Part shown: in pieces, positions 29,063-39,116 of the stretch
Layout of the letters: the number at the start of each line of letters is the position of its first letter
Numbering within the stretch: position 1 is the first letter of the stretch
Source of the DNA: a virus
Virus record (IMG/VR): IMGVR_UViG_3300027749_000049
Span: 1-64,000 of that record
DNA: 64,000 bases
Strand: one strand, 5' to 3'
Notes under the pieces: model-generated
The model's input: the letters and a program-made list of their open reading frames with translations, nothing else
Database searches by the model: none
Told to the model about the DNA's origin: nothing
Made by a program: the position numbers and the translations under genes

Positions 29063-30997
29063 ATGACTTCTAGATTTGTAACCCTATCTGACTATTGTAT
29101 ATTAGAATACATGATGACTCCATTGGGGGATCCTGCTCCAAATATAGTTAATTCTGATTACTATTTTGTTAAAAATAATAATGTAGATTTATATCAAATT
29201 TATAATAAAGACGCAGATGCAGCAGCTACTAAAAATGCTAGAGCCTCAAGTGTTGTACCAATTGGAGAGTCTAGATTAGTTCAAGTTGACCTAACTTCAA
29301 ATCCAATATATACAGCATACGATCCAAATATTATAGAATCTAGTGTATTACCTAGTTTATCAAGTGCACTAGTGATGGATACTATGAGATTCCATTTTGC
29401 TTCTGGTTTTAATTTTACTGAGGTTGAAAATATTGTAGTTGGAGCAAGAGTAAAACTAAATAACTTAAAGCAACTTCAAACTGCAAATGTTTTAATTAAT
29501 GCAGCCTCTTATCAAGAGTTATTAACCTTTAATACCAGACCTCTATTTTTAGCAAATACAATTTACGATAAGTACGTTGATATTAAAGTTCCAAACTCCG
29601 CATACTTAGATGCAGACTTTGCTCAATTTGGAATAGATTCATTTGAATCAGTTGTAACTGAAGGTACCGGTTTAATTGCAGGTTCTCCAATTACGGTATC
29701 TTTAGCTGAAGTAAGTTATGAACCGTATTATGCAGATAATGGAGAAACTTATAATTTATATCGAGTTGTTTCCTATTTTGAAGGATCAGTTCCTCAAACT
29801 AACGAATTTGATAGTTTAGGTGCAGTTATTCAAGAAGCAACAGATGGAGACTATATTGAGTTTTTTGCAACATGGAATGGAGCATTTCCAGATCAATTAA
29901 TTTCAAACTTAGATTCTCAAGGTGCAGGCAATGATTGGATCTTTGTACATCAACTTCAGGTATATGAGCAAATTGGAGGTAATACTTTGCCGTCTGGTAA
30001 TTTCTTAGTATATCAAGAAGAGAATTTTGATGTTCCATTAAGTTATAGACCAATCCTAAAAGAGGCTGGGTTTGCAGTATCTATGTCAATTGACTATACT
30101 CTTAGGCTCTTAAATAAAAATACCGGAGATCAAGTTATCCGAACTGGGTCTATGAGCCTATTTAATCCTAACAAATACGGTAAGCACTTAGCCAAACTTG
30201 AATTAGCTGAGGCTCCTCAATCATTAAAGGTATACAATAAAATTGTTCAAAAAAATATTGATATTACCAATTTATTTACCGGTAAAAAATTAGCACCCGC
30301 AGCAGCCGGCGCAGCAGCCGGCACAATTACCTTTGTTGATCGAGAAGTAAAAGTATCAGTTCCAACTTTTTATAAACAGGCAAATATCCGAATAAGTCAA
30401 AAGAATGCTCTATTAAAAGCAACTGATGGTTCTGCTGAATTAATTTATGGCCAGGGAGAATTAATTATACCAATTGATCCAACTGATAACTTTATAAAGA
30501 TTGCAGTATATGAAGAAAGCGTTTTGGATCCAGGAAGTCAAACTCCAGCTAATCTAAATAATAATTCAAAATTTGTTCTTAATTTTGGAGCAGATGCAAA
30601 ATATTCATATTCTTCATTAGTTGACTCAGCCTTTGAAAATCCTAGCCAAGGCCAAATTGCATTTAGAATACCTAAGGACCAAGCCAGAAAGATTTTGGAC
30701 CTAAGTGATCAAATGATGTACATATCATTAATTGCAGAAGACGGTACTGAAACTCTTTTATATACAGGTAAATGGTTATCATCTAGCGACTATGCAAATA
30801 TTTTAAAAGCTACAGCTGCTGCAAAAAATGCACTGGTTAATGATCCAGCAATAACAATTGCCGGTTTAAATAAAACTATTCAAACTTTAATATCTGAAAA
30901 TGATACTTTAAAAGCACGACTTAATACAGGTACTTCAATATCTAGCACACAGAGAGATGACAACATTCAAAATGTGAATACTATATCAGGCAGATAG
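29063..30997 (+). CDS. Large hypothetical structural protein
   Basis: 644-aa beta-rich ORF with a C-terminal coiled coil. Confidence 0.6.
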   Translation: MTSRFVTLSDYCILEYMMTPLGDPAPNIVNSDYYFVKNNNVDLYQIYNKDADAAATKNARASSVVPIGESRLVQVDLTSNPIYTAYDPNIIESSVLPSLSSALVMDTMRFHFASGFNFTEVENIVVGARVKLNNLKQLQTANVLINAASYQELLTFNTRPLFLANTIYDKYVDIKVPNSAYLDADFAQFGIDSFESVVTEGTGLIAGSPITVSLAEVSYEPYYADNGETYNLYRVVSYFEGSVPQTNEFDSLGAVIQEATDGDYIEFFATWNGAFPDQLISNLDSQGAGNDWIFVHQLQVYEQIGGNTLPSGNFLVYQEENFDVPLSYRPILKEAGFAVSMSIDYTLRLLNKNTGDQVIRTGSMSLFNPNKYGKHLAKLELAEAPQSLKVYNKIVQKNIDITNLFTGKKLAPAAAGAAAGTITFVDREVKVSVPTFYKQANIRISQKNALLKATDGSAELIYGQGELIIPIDPTDNFIKIAVYEESVLDPGSQTPANLNNNSKFVLNFGADAKYSYSSLVDSAFENPSQGQIAFRIPKDQARKILDLSDQMMYISLIAEDGTETLLYTGKWLSSSDYANILKATAAAKNALVNDPAITIAGLNKTIQTLISENDTLKARLNTGTSISSTQRDDNIQNVNTISGR

Positions 30998-31025
30998 TAA
31001 GTTTCATTAAATTAAACTGGGTTAA

Positions 31026-31082
31026 GATAAATAACTGTACAAGTACAAGATAAATAAATTTAGCAACAAAAGCTGATAAATA
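31026..31082 (+). promoter_or_regulatory. Three tandem GATAAATA late-promoter-like motifs
   Basis: GATAAATA at 31026, 31049 and 31075, upstream of the 31104 ORF; resembles the T4 late promoter TATAAATA. Confidence 0.65.
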
Positions 31083-31103
31083 ATAAAAAAGACAAACGTT
31101 TCA

Positions 31104-32642
31104 ATGAACGGTCTCATACAAGAACTAACTAACGAGCTCAAAAATAATTCGAGCATAAGCTCTAATATTGCTGCAAAGGTGGTATTAGAATCAATTAATA
31201 ACTCATTACTTTTGGGAGTTTCGCCTGATCAAATTTTAGAAAATTCTCTAAACACATTAGAGCAATTTGCTAATGAACTAGTAAACGAAAATCTTAAAGA
31301 AGTAGTTGCTAAATTCAAAAAGATGGCAGACAAGCCAACTAAGCGTCTTCAAAATATGGCTAGCGAAGCTGGTCTTTCTTTAAAACTTAAAGTCTTAAAG
31401 GAAAGTGAAATTTATGCAGATCCGGTAGTTAAACATACGGTTGCTAGATTAGAAGAAGCAGTTGCATCCATGCCAGAATACAGAGCTTTAAACTTCTTTT
31501 TTAATGCGTTATCTAAATTCTCTTACGATAAGACAGTTTCTACAATTCTAGAATCTCTTATTACTTATGTAAATGAAAACTCAGTGAAACTTGAAATCTT
31601 AAATTCAATTTATGAAATGCGAGTTACTGGTGCAATTCTTTACAAAGATGCATGTGCTCTATTAGAAGAAGCCCTACTTGAAAATATTGCAACCTCTGAT
31701 TCATTAAAAATGAAATTACGTTCTCATGCTCAATTACCGGTAGTTAATCAGTTAATTAATAAAATTAGCATGTTAGAATCAAAAACAACTGGTACCTTTA
31801 ATCTAGGAATTGGTAACAGCGATTCACAGGTAAAACCAATTATTGCACCTTTCTATAAAATTAGCGAAAGCGATGCAATTGTTTTTGTTGATAATAAATT
31901 CATTAAAGTATCAGAAGATTCTGATCCATCTCAAATGACAGCCGAAGAAGTTAAGGAATTCCCTGAGTTCTTTGAAACTTGCGAAGCTTTTGCAACTTTA
32001 AATTTTAAAGAGCACAGTACTGAGTTAGTATCTACTTGCAGAAATTTAACTATCGCATTTGGTATTAATGAAAATGGTACACTAAATTTAAAAATCAATA
32101 ATTCAATTATTGAAAATATTAACAATATTAAATTGTCTGAAATTTTCTTAATGGAAACTATTGAGACTCGTAATGCTCTTTCTAAATTGTTTAATAATTT
32201 AGATTTAGTGGTTAATCTTGAATTTGGAAAAACCATTATTAATGAAAGACTTGGAAGAGATTCAATTGTTCTTAATTTAGACGAAAATATTTTTGTATTT
32301 GAAAAACTTGGAGAAACTAGAATTGTTAAGAAAATGAAAGGTTTAACTTTCCATAATTATGTTATGGAGAACTTTAAATATGATATTAGCGAAATGTACT
32401 CAATTCAATTAGAAGAAAGAGAAGCTAATATTAAAGCCTTTGATCTTGAAAAAACCACAATTGAAGAAAATCTTGCTAAATTAGAAGCATCAATTTCTCA
32501 AATTGAAGAAGCTCTATCTGATAAAGGTCTTACTGCTGAGTATCAAGAAAAATTAACTGAACTTAAAGTATCTATCGAGAAAAACGTAAATGCTCTTAAG
32601 AGTCAGTATATTGTAGTTGATCAATCCAAAAAAAAAGCATAA
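31104..32642 (+). CDS. Putative prohead core/scaffold-like protein
   Basis: Helical and Glu-rich, with many (L/I/V)-x-E sites (LTNE, LVNE, LKES, VNE, INE) and a C-terminal coiled coil; triple late motif upstream. Confidence 0.5.
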   Translation: MNGLIQELTNELKNNSSISSNIAAKVVLESINNSLLLGVSPDQILENSLNTLEQFANELVNENLKEVVAKFKKMADKPTKRLQNMASEAGLSLKLKVLKESEIYADPVVKHTVARLEEAVASMPEYRALNFFFNALSKFSYDKTVSTILESLITYVNENSVKLEILNSIYEMRVTGAILYKDACALLEEALLENIATSDSLKMKLRSHAQLPVVNQLINKISMLESKTTGTFNLGIGNSDSQVKPIIAPFYKISESDAIVFVDNKFIKVSEDSDPSQMTAEEVKEFPEFFETCEAFATLNFKEHSTELVSTCRNLTIAFGINENGTLNLKINNSIIENINNIKLSEIFLMETIETRNALSKLFNNLDLVVNLEFGKTIINERLGRDSIVLNLDENIFVFEKLGETRIVKKMKGLTFHNYVMENFKYDISEMYSIQLEEREANIKAFDLEKTTIEENLAKLEASISQIEEALSDKGLTAEYQEKLTELKVSIEKNVNALKSQYIVVDQSKKKA

Positions 32643-32932
32643 GTGAGTCGGAAGATATTACTTTAGTTTCACCTACTTCTTCTAAATACATAACTGGCCA
32701 AGAGGTCATGTTAAAATCAGGTCATACTGCCAAAATTATTGGAGTTGATCCAATTTCTAAAACCTATAAGGTTATGGGCTCTGATAATAAAGTTCAATCA
32801 GTTAAATCTGATGAGATTGAAAAGACTGAGCCTAGCCGATATGATGATTATCAAACAGCTGGACCAAATCCTGAAAATCCAAATGAGCTTTTAATTAAAC
32901 AAAAGGACGTTAACGTAGACCAAAGCCGATAA
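32636..32932 (+). CDS. SH3/Tudor-like domain, probably the -1 frameshift extension of 31104..32642 (called ORF starts at 32708)
   Basis: The -1 frame is open from the A9 run (32628-32636) through 32932. The first strand of the domain (YITGQEV) lies upstream of the ATG. Confidence 0.55.
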   Translation, partial: SISESEDITLVSPTSSKYITGQEVMLKSGHTAKIIGVDPISKTYKVMGSDNKVQSVKSDEIEKTEPSRYDDYQTAGPNPENPNELLIKQKDVNVDQSR

Positions 32933-32966
32933 ACTGTAGTATAATTAGCCTAAACAACATTTATAA

Positions 32967-33779
32967 ATGGCAGACGTATTATGCTCGATTGAAGAGGCTA
33001 GACAGAATGGAACCCTTCAGGTTTTCCAAAAGAAAACCAAATATCACGATTATCAATTTTTAGTTAGGTCTGAGGAGGAGATTAAATTTAATGTCTCTCA
33101 AAATATTTCAACTAAGCCTACCGGCGGTGAATATTTTAAACCTCTATTCATACCGCATTATGCGCAAAATGGGGGTCCTTTAAATCTTGAAGATTTAAAC
33201 CATGAAGATACTTGGTTAGATGCCGGAGGTCACATTGGTATTTTTGCAACCCGTTTATTAACTCAATTTCCAAAAGTAAAGAAAGTCTATTCATATGAAC
33301 CTTTCCATAATAACGTGGAGTTCCTGGAACAAAATGTTCAAATGAATGGCGTTCAAGACCGTTGCGAAATTATTGAAAAGGCAATTGTTGCAGATGATTC
33401 GTCTGAAGTAGAATTTTACCTATCTCAAGACTCTGGCAAGCACAGCGTGCATCACATTAGAGGTCGTCAGGTTACAACTGTACCTGCTGAAAATATAAAC
33501 ACTATTATTAAAGAAAAAGGCATCACGGCCATCAAGATGGACATTGAGGGGTTAGAGTATGATATGATTAAGGCCTTAAATCAAGAGAGCCTAGATCAAA
33601 TCCGCCTTTTTATTGTTGAATACCATTTTCATTATAGTTGGTTATTGGAAAATCGGTCAGCTAAATTTACTGAAATCCTTGATATTTTTAGAGCAAACTT
33701 TGGGCAATTATTCGTTAATCCACGTACAATAAACGGAAAGCATTTTATTACGCATTTTGCCGGTTTTAAAAATACCTAA
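32967..33779 (+). CDS. FkbM-family methyltransferase
   Basis: WLDAGGHIGIF, YEPF, IKMDIEGLE and VEYH motifs; AGTATAAT at 32938. Confidence 0.88.
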   Translation: MADVLCSIEEARQNGTLQVFQKKTKYHDYQFLVRSEEEIKFNVSQNISTKPTGGEYFKPLFIPHYAQNGGPLNLEDLNHEDTWLDAGGHIGIFATRLLTQFPKVKKVYSYEPFHNNVEFLEQNVQMNGVQDRCEIIEKAIVADDSSEVEFYLSQDSGKHSVHHIRGRQVTTVPAENINTIIKEKGITAIKMDIEGLEYDMIKALNQESLDQIRLFIVEYHFHYSWLLENRSAKFTEILDIFRANFGQLFVNPRTINGKHFITHFAGFKNT

Positions 33780-33804
33780 TCTAAAATCGAGTATAATACA
33801 TATT

Positions 33805-34869
33805 ATGGAAAATAAAAGAGCACTCTATGCATATTTTGGCGAACTAGGAATATTTAATGATAATATCCCAGGTCATACCTTTTACCAATTAGGTTTATTA
33901 GATGAATTAGCTAATCAATATGAAATTAATAAATTTGATTTTGTAAATTATTTAGATACTGGAATGGTTAATCTTGCTAGTCGACCTAGCTTCCCAGACG
34001 ATCAATTGGGCAAAGTATTTAATCAATTTGCAGATAAATTAATTGATAACTATAGATTACATCAATTTGCAGTGCTTGAGGCTATTAAAAATAAAGAATA
34101 TTCAAAATTATTCTTAAAGGCTCGATTCAGAAATTTGTCTACACTTGAAAAGAAATTAAAGGATGCTGCCTATTTTGAAAAAATAATTAATGTTGCATTA
34201 GAGTCAGGTTATGAACCTGCTGATATTATTATATTAGATACAGATCTTTCATTATCTGCCGAGTTTCTTACTAAATTAACAGAATTAGGAATAAGTAGAG
34301 AAATTCCATCAATTACTATTCTGGGTTGTAGTAAAGGCTTTATGAATGCGTGTTTAGCCGTACACCAAGCCCATGCAAATAAAGAGTCAACTCATTTAAT
34401 ATATTATGGAAACCTATCATTTGATAATTACAAAGAAGGTCATTCTAAAAATCCAATAATTAATGATATTATTTCTGCAATTGATACCACCTGTAAATTT
34501 GATGGAAGTTCATTTAATATGACAGTTGCTGCAAAGCAACATCCAACTCTGGAAAGCTGGATTGACACAATGAACCTGGTTGCTCTTTGCCCAAGAGAAA
34601 ATCGTGAAGCGATTTGGGCGGACATGCAAGTTGCACAAGTATCAGTAAACGTAAGCAAAGATCTCTACCTAAAAGAAAAGTTCATTCCAGCTAGGGTTTA
34701 TGAATCTGTTATATTTGGAACTATTCCAGTTTCTTATAAAGACCCAAGATTTCATCCAGCAATGTCGTTTGATACAGTTGATGAGTTCTTTGAGATTTGT
34801 AAATTTTTATCAGAGTGTTCAACTGGTGACTATTTTAAAATATTACGCCAGATTGCAGATTCACTTTAA
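33805..34869 (+). CDS. GT-B fold glycosyltransferase (T4 BGT/CgeB-like C-terminus)
   Basis: LIYYGN and FIPARVYESVIFGTIP motifs; ATG at 33805, 7 nt after AGTATAAT. Confidence 0.6.
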   Translation: MENKRALYAYFGELGIFNDNIPGHTFYQLGLLDELANQYEINKFDFVNYLDTGMVNLASRPSFPDDQLGKVFNQFADKLIDNYRLHQFAVLEAIKNKEYSKLFLKARFRNLSTLEKKLKDAAYFEKIINVALESGYEPADIIILDTDLSLSAEFLTKLTELGISREIPSITILGCSKGFMNACLAVHQAHANKESTHLIYYGNLSFDNYKEGHSKNPIINDIISAIDTTCKFDGSSFNMTVAAKQHPTLESWIDTMNLVALCPRENREAIWADMQVAQVSVNVSKDLYLKEKFIPARVYESVIFGTIPVSYKDPRFHPAMSFDTVDEFFEICKFLSECSTGDYFKILRQIADSL

Positions 34870-34915
34870 TACCAAATCACTCGAATAAATAATAAGAAAT
34901 TACCATTATTAGCTA

Positions 34916-37342
34916 ATGAAATATGTAATTTCAGCAGATCAATACTTTAGTCAAGGCGCTAACCCAGTTAATGAAAAACTTGTTCAATACTTTGAGAGTA
35001 TTCCTGAAGCTTTTTGGACTGCATTAGACGCAGTTGACTTTAGCAAATTAAGTAAACCTAGAACTCCTAATCATTCAGAAAAAGAAATCTTTGAACATCA
35101 AGTTTTTTTACTTGACAATATTGAAGATATTAATAATATTATCCAAAAAGAGGACTTTTTGGTTAGACAAGGATATGATACCGTTAAGCTTAGACTTAAT
35201 GAATCCTATCTACCGACAGTTCAATTAATTAACGAAGGTGTAATGAGTTCAGTTATGAACTTTGTAAAAGCCCTAGTTGCCGATCCGGATCCATTTGAAA
35301 TGGGTCTAAATATCCTAAGATTAGTACTAGACGTAATTGGAATTGTTCCTTTTACTTGGGCTGGATTTCCAATTGATATAGTTGCAAATGTTCTATCGGC
35401 AATAATTTCTCTATATAAAGGCGAATATATTTCAATGATGCTTAGTGTAATTGCGGCAATTGATGTTTCTAAAACTTCAAATTTCTTAAAAACTATTAAA
35501 TGGTTACCTAAACCTGCACTAAAACTACTTGAAAAACTAGCAAAGATTCTATGTAGGGCTGGAAGTTCAGCAACTGAAATTGGGCCAGCTGTTCTTGCAC
35601 TAAAGAATGGAATTAGAACCCTAGGCGATAAAAGCATTTCGGGAATAATTGTCTCTTTATTTAAAGGAGTTGCTAGCTTTTTTAGTACAATTGCAGTTGG
35701 CATAGTTAAATTTGTTACTAATTTTATAAAAACTGTTTTTAATTTAGTTCCAATTGTTGGAAAATACGGAGTAAAGGCAGTCCAAGCATTTGAAAGACTT
35801 GGCCTTGAAGCTCAACTTGCTCTATTTGGGCGTAATTTCTCAACTGCTGCTACCTTATTAGGGGAAGAGGGTACTAAAAAGGAAATTGCAAAAGGCGTTG
35901 ATAAATTAGGAGATACTGTAGTTTCTGCACCAAAGCTTGGAGCAGATGGAAAACCTTTAATTGGAGCAGATGGACTGCCAGTAAAAGGCAAAGAATATGC
36001 AGCAACCAGTCCACAAGGAAGAGCAATACTTAATTCAAAAGCATATAAAGATTTTGATGCAGCGGTAATTACAGCCTATGCAAAAGAAGGAGGGTATGCA
36101 GCTGACTTGCTAAAAGCAGTTAAGTCAGATACTAAGTTTATGGCCTCGATTGCAGGTCAACCTGAGGCTATACAGAAGGTTGCAATAGCTGCAAAGGTTG
36201 AAAATGAATTAATTGGAGCATCAGTTGATGCAATTGATCAAATTGTTAAAAAGGATCCAACGTTAGCTGACTATTTTGCAGTTAAGTATAGATGGAAGCC
36301 AAGTGGAGAATATATTACTCAACTTGCAAAAGATGGCAAAGTTGATGATATTGGCAAAGTTTTTAAAACAATGTTAACTGACCCAGCGGTTGCTAAAAAT
36401 TTATCAAAGGCTGAAGTTAGGGCATTTACGCCATGGGCAACCAAACCTGAAATTTTTATTCAAGGTGTTAAAAACTTTGATGATACGGTTTATGTATTAG
36501 CTAAATTAACCAAAGCCGGCGGAGCTCTTGCAACTAGAGCAGTATTTCTAAAGAGGCTACTTAATTTTATTTCTAGACTTGTTTGGCAACGCTATGGAAG
36601 TTTGGATTGTATTAAACAAATGGCAACCGCTAAGACTAATGGTTTAATTGGAAAAGCATTAACCCCTGCATTAAATGAAGAAGACGTTTTGACTGGAGAT
36701 GCTACTGTTGATGCAAATAATGCAACCGCAAATGCAGCCAATGCTGCTCAAGCTAATATTACTAATCCTGACACCAACCCGCCAGTTAAGTCAGCTGAGG
36801 TAGAAGAAGTTATTAATAAAAATGACGAGACCATTGAAAAAGCAAAAGCAAATGGTGGCAAAACCAATTGTAACTTAATGAGTAACGTTGTTAAAACCGC
36901 GGTTGGCGCTCATTGTGCAAATTTCCCAGGATCAACTGCTCTACTTGGAGGTCAATCCGATATGTCTGATCCAAAAGTAGCAGCTGAGTTTCAAAGGAAG
37001 AGTACTGAATATACTAAACAAATTTTAAAGTCAATGGGATTAGATGATTCAATTGATGCTCAGCATGCACTAAATGCTCAATCTCTTGAAGATAAGGCAG
37101 CCTTGGCCGATGTATGGGATTATGAAAATGGTATAGTTAGTTTAAATACAGAAGATACATCAAGAGTACATATTACTTTGCAAAAATGGGTTAAGGACGG
37201 TTACTGTACTCAAGAAGAGGCAGATGCTGCTGAACAGAAGGCAATTGAACGAATAAAAAATGCAAATCCACCTGAATTAAAACTTCCAGATAATTCAGCT
37301 AATGAAGGTTTATTTAGGACTAAAACCTTTAATTTTGCATAA
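34916..37342 (+). CDS. Large putative virion-internal (ejection) protein with pre-toxin-TG-like hydrophobic segment
   Basis: ATAAATA at 34885; several xNE sites; LDVIGIVP...IDIVANVLSAIISLYKGEY segment. Confidence 0.55.
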   Translation: MKYVISADQYFSQGANPVNEKLVQYFESIPEAFWTALDAVDFSKLSKPRTPNHSEKEIFEHQVFLLDNIEDINNIIQKEDFLVRQGYDTVKLRLNESYLPTVQLINEGVMSSVMNFVKALVADPDPFEMGLNILRLVLDVIGIVPFTWAGFPIDIVANVLSAIISLYKGEYISMMLSVIAAIDVSKTSNFLKTIKWLPKPALKLLEKLAKILCRAGSSATEIGPAVLALKNGIRTLGDKSISGIIVSLFKGVASFFSTIAVGIVKFVTNFIKTVFNLVPIVGKYGVKAVQAFERLGLEAQLALFGRNFSTAATLLGEEGTKKEIAKGVDKLGDTVVSAPKLGADGKPLIGADGLPVKGKEYAATSPQGRAILNSKAYKDFDAAVITAYAKEGGYAADLLKAVKSDTKFMASIAGQPEAIQKVAIAAKVENELIGASVDAIDQIVKKDPTLADYFAVKYRWKPSGEYITQLAKDGKVDDIGKVFKTMLTDPAVAKNLSKAEVRAFTPWATKPEIFIQGVKNFDDTVYVLAKLTKAGGALATRAVFLKRLLNFISRLVWQRYGSLDCIKQMATAKTNGLIGKALTPALNEEDVLTGDATVDANNATANAANAAQANITNPDTNPPVKSAEVEEVINKNDETIEKAKANGGKTNCNLMSNVVKTAVGAHCANFPGSTALLGGQSDMSDPKVAAEFQRKSTEYTKQILKSMGLDDSIDAQHALNAQSLEDKAALADVWDYENGIVSLNTEDTSRVHITLQKWVKDGYCTQEEADAAEQKAIERIKNANPPELKLPDNSANEGLFRTKTFNFA

Positions 37343-37369
37343 TAAATAACTAAAAATAAGTAAAAACAA

Positions 37370-38425
37370 ATGACCCTTATTAAAACATTTGACGAATTTA
37401 AAAAACCGCCAGTAATTGATGAAGCTCGAAGAGTTGAAAAGATTTCAGCAGCTAACGCACAAAAAGGCGAATTAAAAAGATGGAACGTAGTAATACGTAG
37501 TGGAGAAGAAGATACTGCTGATTTATCTAATCCATATACTACAATATTACGAGAACTTTCCCAAGACAGTGATTTTAAAAATTGGATTAACGGGTCTAGT
37601 CCAGTGAAAGATCCAGTTCAAGGCACTGATGTAACTATTTCAAATCGTAATTTATTAGCGGTTATTAATTTAGGCGTTCAAAATAAAACCAATTTAATTG
37701 GGCAAAAGGTTTTTAAAGGACAAGTTGCATTTTTGCCTTATGCAACAGCTCAACTTCGTACAGGCTTGACCACAGGTATGTGGGTTACATATGATGTTAC
37801 AAAAGTTCCACACAGAGGTGAGGTTGTTGATAGTTCAAATGTTAAATTGGTTGCTTGGGATGAACAGGATTTGCCTAAGTTAAAAGTTATTGATAATAAG
37901 GATAAAGGCATCTTTAACAACAGAATAGAGGCAATATATAAAAAGGATGGATCAAATATACCAGAATATTTAGTTTCGCCAGCATATGTTGAAGAAAATG
38001 GAGCACCAGACGGAATTTATAAGGCTGCTCCAAATGCTGCTGCAGGTGGAGGCGTAACTACCACAACTACAACGGCTGCTCCTGGTACAACTGGTGTTAC
38101 TGCTACCACTATTAAAACTGGTCTAAAATCAAATAACTTATTTAGCCAAGATGTTAAAGATTTACAAAACAAAATTCTGGCTAATGGTGGAGATGCCGCT
38201 GCTAAAATTAAGGCAGTAGGCGGAGCTGATGGTAAATATGGAAATGCAACAGCTACGGCGATTGGAATTCTAACCGGTAAGCCGGCTGTTCCAGTTATTG
38301 ATATTACTCAAGACATTGCAGATAAATTAAATACTATACTAAAGGACGTAAAGGTTGAAGCACCGGTAGTGAAGCCTGATACAACTAAGAAAAAAAAGCA
38401 GGCAAGTGCTGACCCTGGATTTTAA
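37370..38425 (+). CDS. Putative virion-internal protein with C-terminal peptidoglycan-binding domain
   Basis: N-terminal IKTFDEF tag; VKDLQNKI...ADGKYGNATATAI PG-binding motif. Confidence 0.6.
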   Translation: MTLIKTFDEFKKPPVIDEARRVEKISAANAQKGELKRWNVVIRSGEEDTADLSNPYTTILRELSQDSDFKNWINGSSPVKDPVQGTDVTISNRNLLAVINLGVQNKTNLIGQKVFKGQVAFLPYATAQLRTGLTTGMWVTYDVTKVPHRGEVVDSSNVKLVAWDEQDLPKLKVIDNKDKGIFNNRIEAIYKKDGSNIPEYLVSPAYVEENGAPDGIYKAAPNAAAGGGVTTTTTTAAPGTTGVTATTIKTGLKSNNLFSQDVKDLQNKILANGGDAAAKIKAVGGADGKYGNATATAIGILTGKPAVPVIDITQDIADKLNTILKDVKVEAPVVKPDTTKKKKQASADPGF

Positions 38426-38446
38426 TAAAAAATAAAAAACAAAGAT

Positions 38447-39115
38447 ATGATTGACTTAAGAAATTATGCACTACTTGCTGAACAGAAAAAATTTGGCTAT
38501 TTTAATAAACTAAATGAATCAGGTCCAGATCAACAATCGGACGCCGGCCTTAAAGCTGTATTAAGCGGAAAAACTGATGCAAAGTACCTAAATCAATGGG
38601 AGCAATTAGTTGCTGATTTTAATAAAAACGTACAGACTCCTGGTCTACACACTGTAATTATTAATCACGATGATGGGAAAACGCAGATGGTATCAATTGA
38701 CTATCAAATTGGAACAGATAAAAAGCCAATAAAAGGCAGCGTAGTACTTACTCCAGCGGTTAAGACCTTAGCACCTACTGGGACAGTTACTAATCCTATC
38801 AACTATACTGACGTACAATTACAAGCTGACGTTGACACGTTAGTTGATGAGTTAGATGGTATTGTTAATATTAAAAATTTGCAAACCATTAAAACTATGT
38901 TAACAAAATATATAGGCCATTTTGGTCTTGGCGATGATGATACTACCAAAGTTTCAGCAATTGGCCGTATTTTAACATTGTATAAAAGAGATGAGAGTGG
39001 CGATACTCTACCTGGAGATATTGCAGACGTTGGTACTTCCACGTTAGCTCCTGAGGCTGAAAAATTAAAAAGCCAGCTTGCAACTCTACTTAAACCTTAT
39101 AAAGAGGAAGCTTAA
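38447..39115 (+). CDS. Hypothetical (putative virion-internal) protein
   Basis: 222-aa ORF with N-terminal LAE and LNE sites. Confidence 0.55.
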   Translation: MIDLRNYALLAEQKKFGYFNKLNESGPDQQSDAGLKAVLSGKTDAKYLNQWEQLVADFNKNVQTPGLHTVIINHDDGKTQMVSIDYQIGTDKKPIKGSVVLTPAVKTLAPTGTVTNPINYTDVQLQADVDTLVDELDGIVNIKNLQTIKTMLTKYIGHFGLGDDDTTKVSAIGRILTLYKRDESGDTLPGDIADVGTSTLAPEAEKLKSQLATLLKPYKEEA

Positions 39116-39116
39116 T

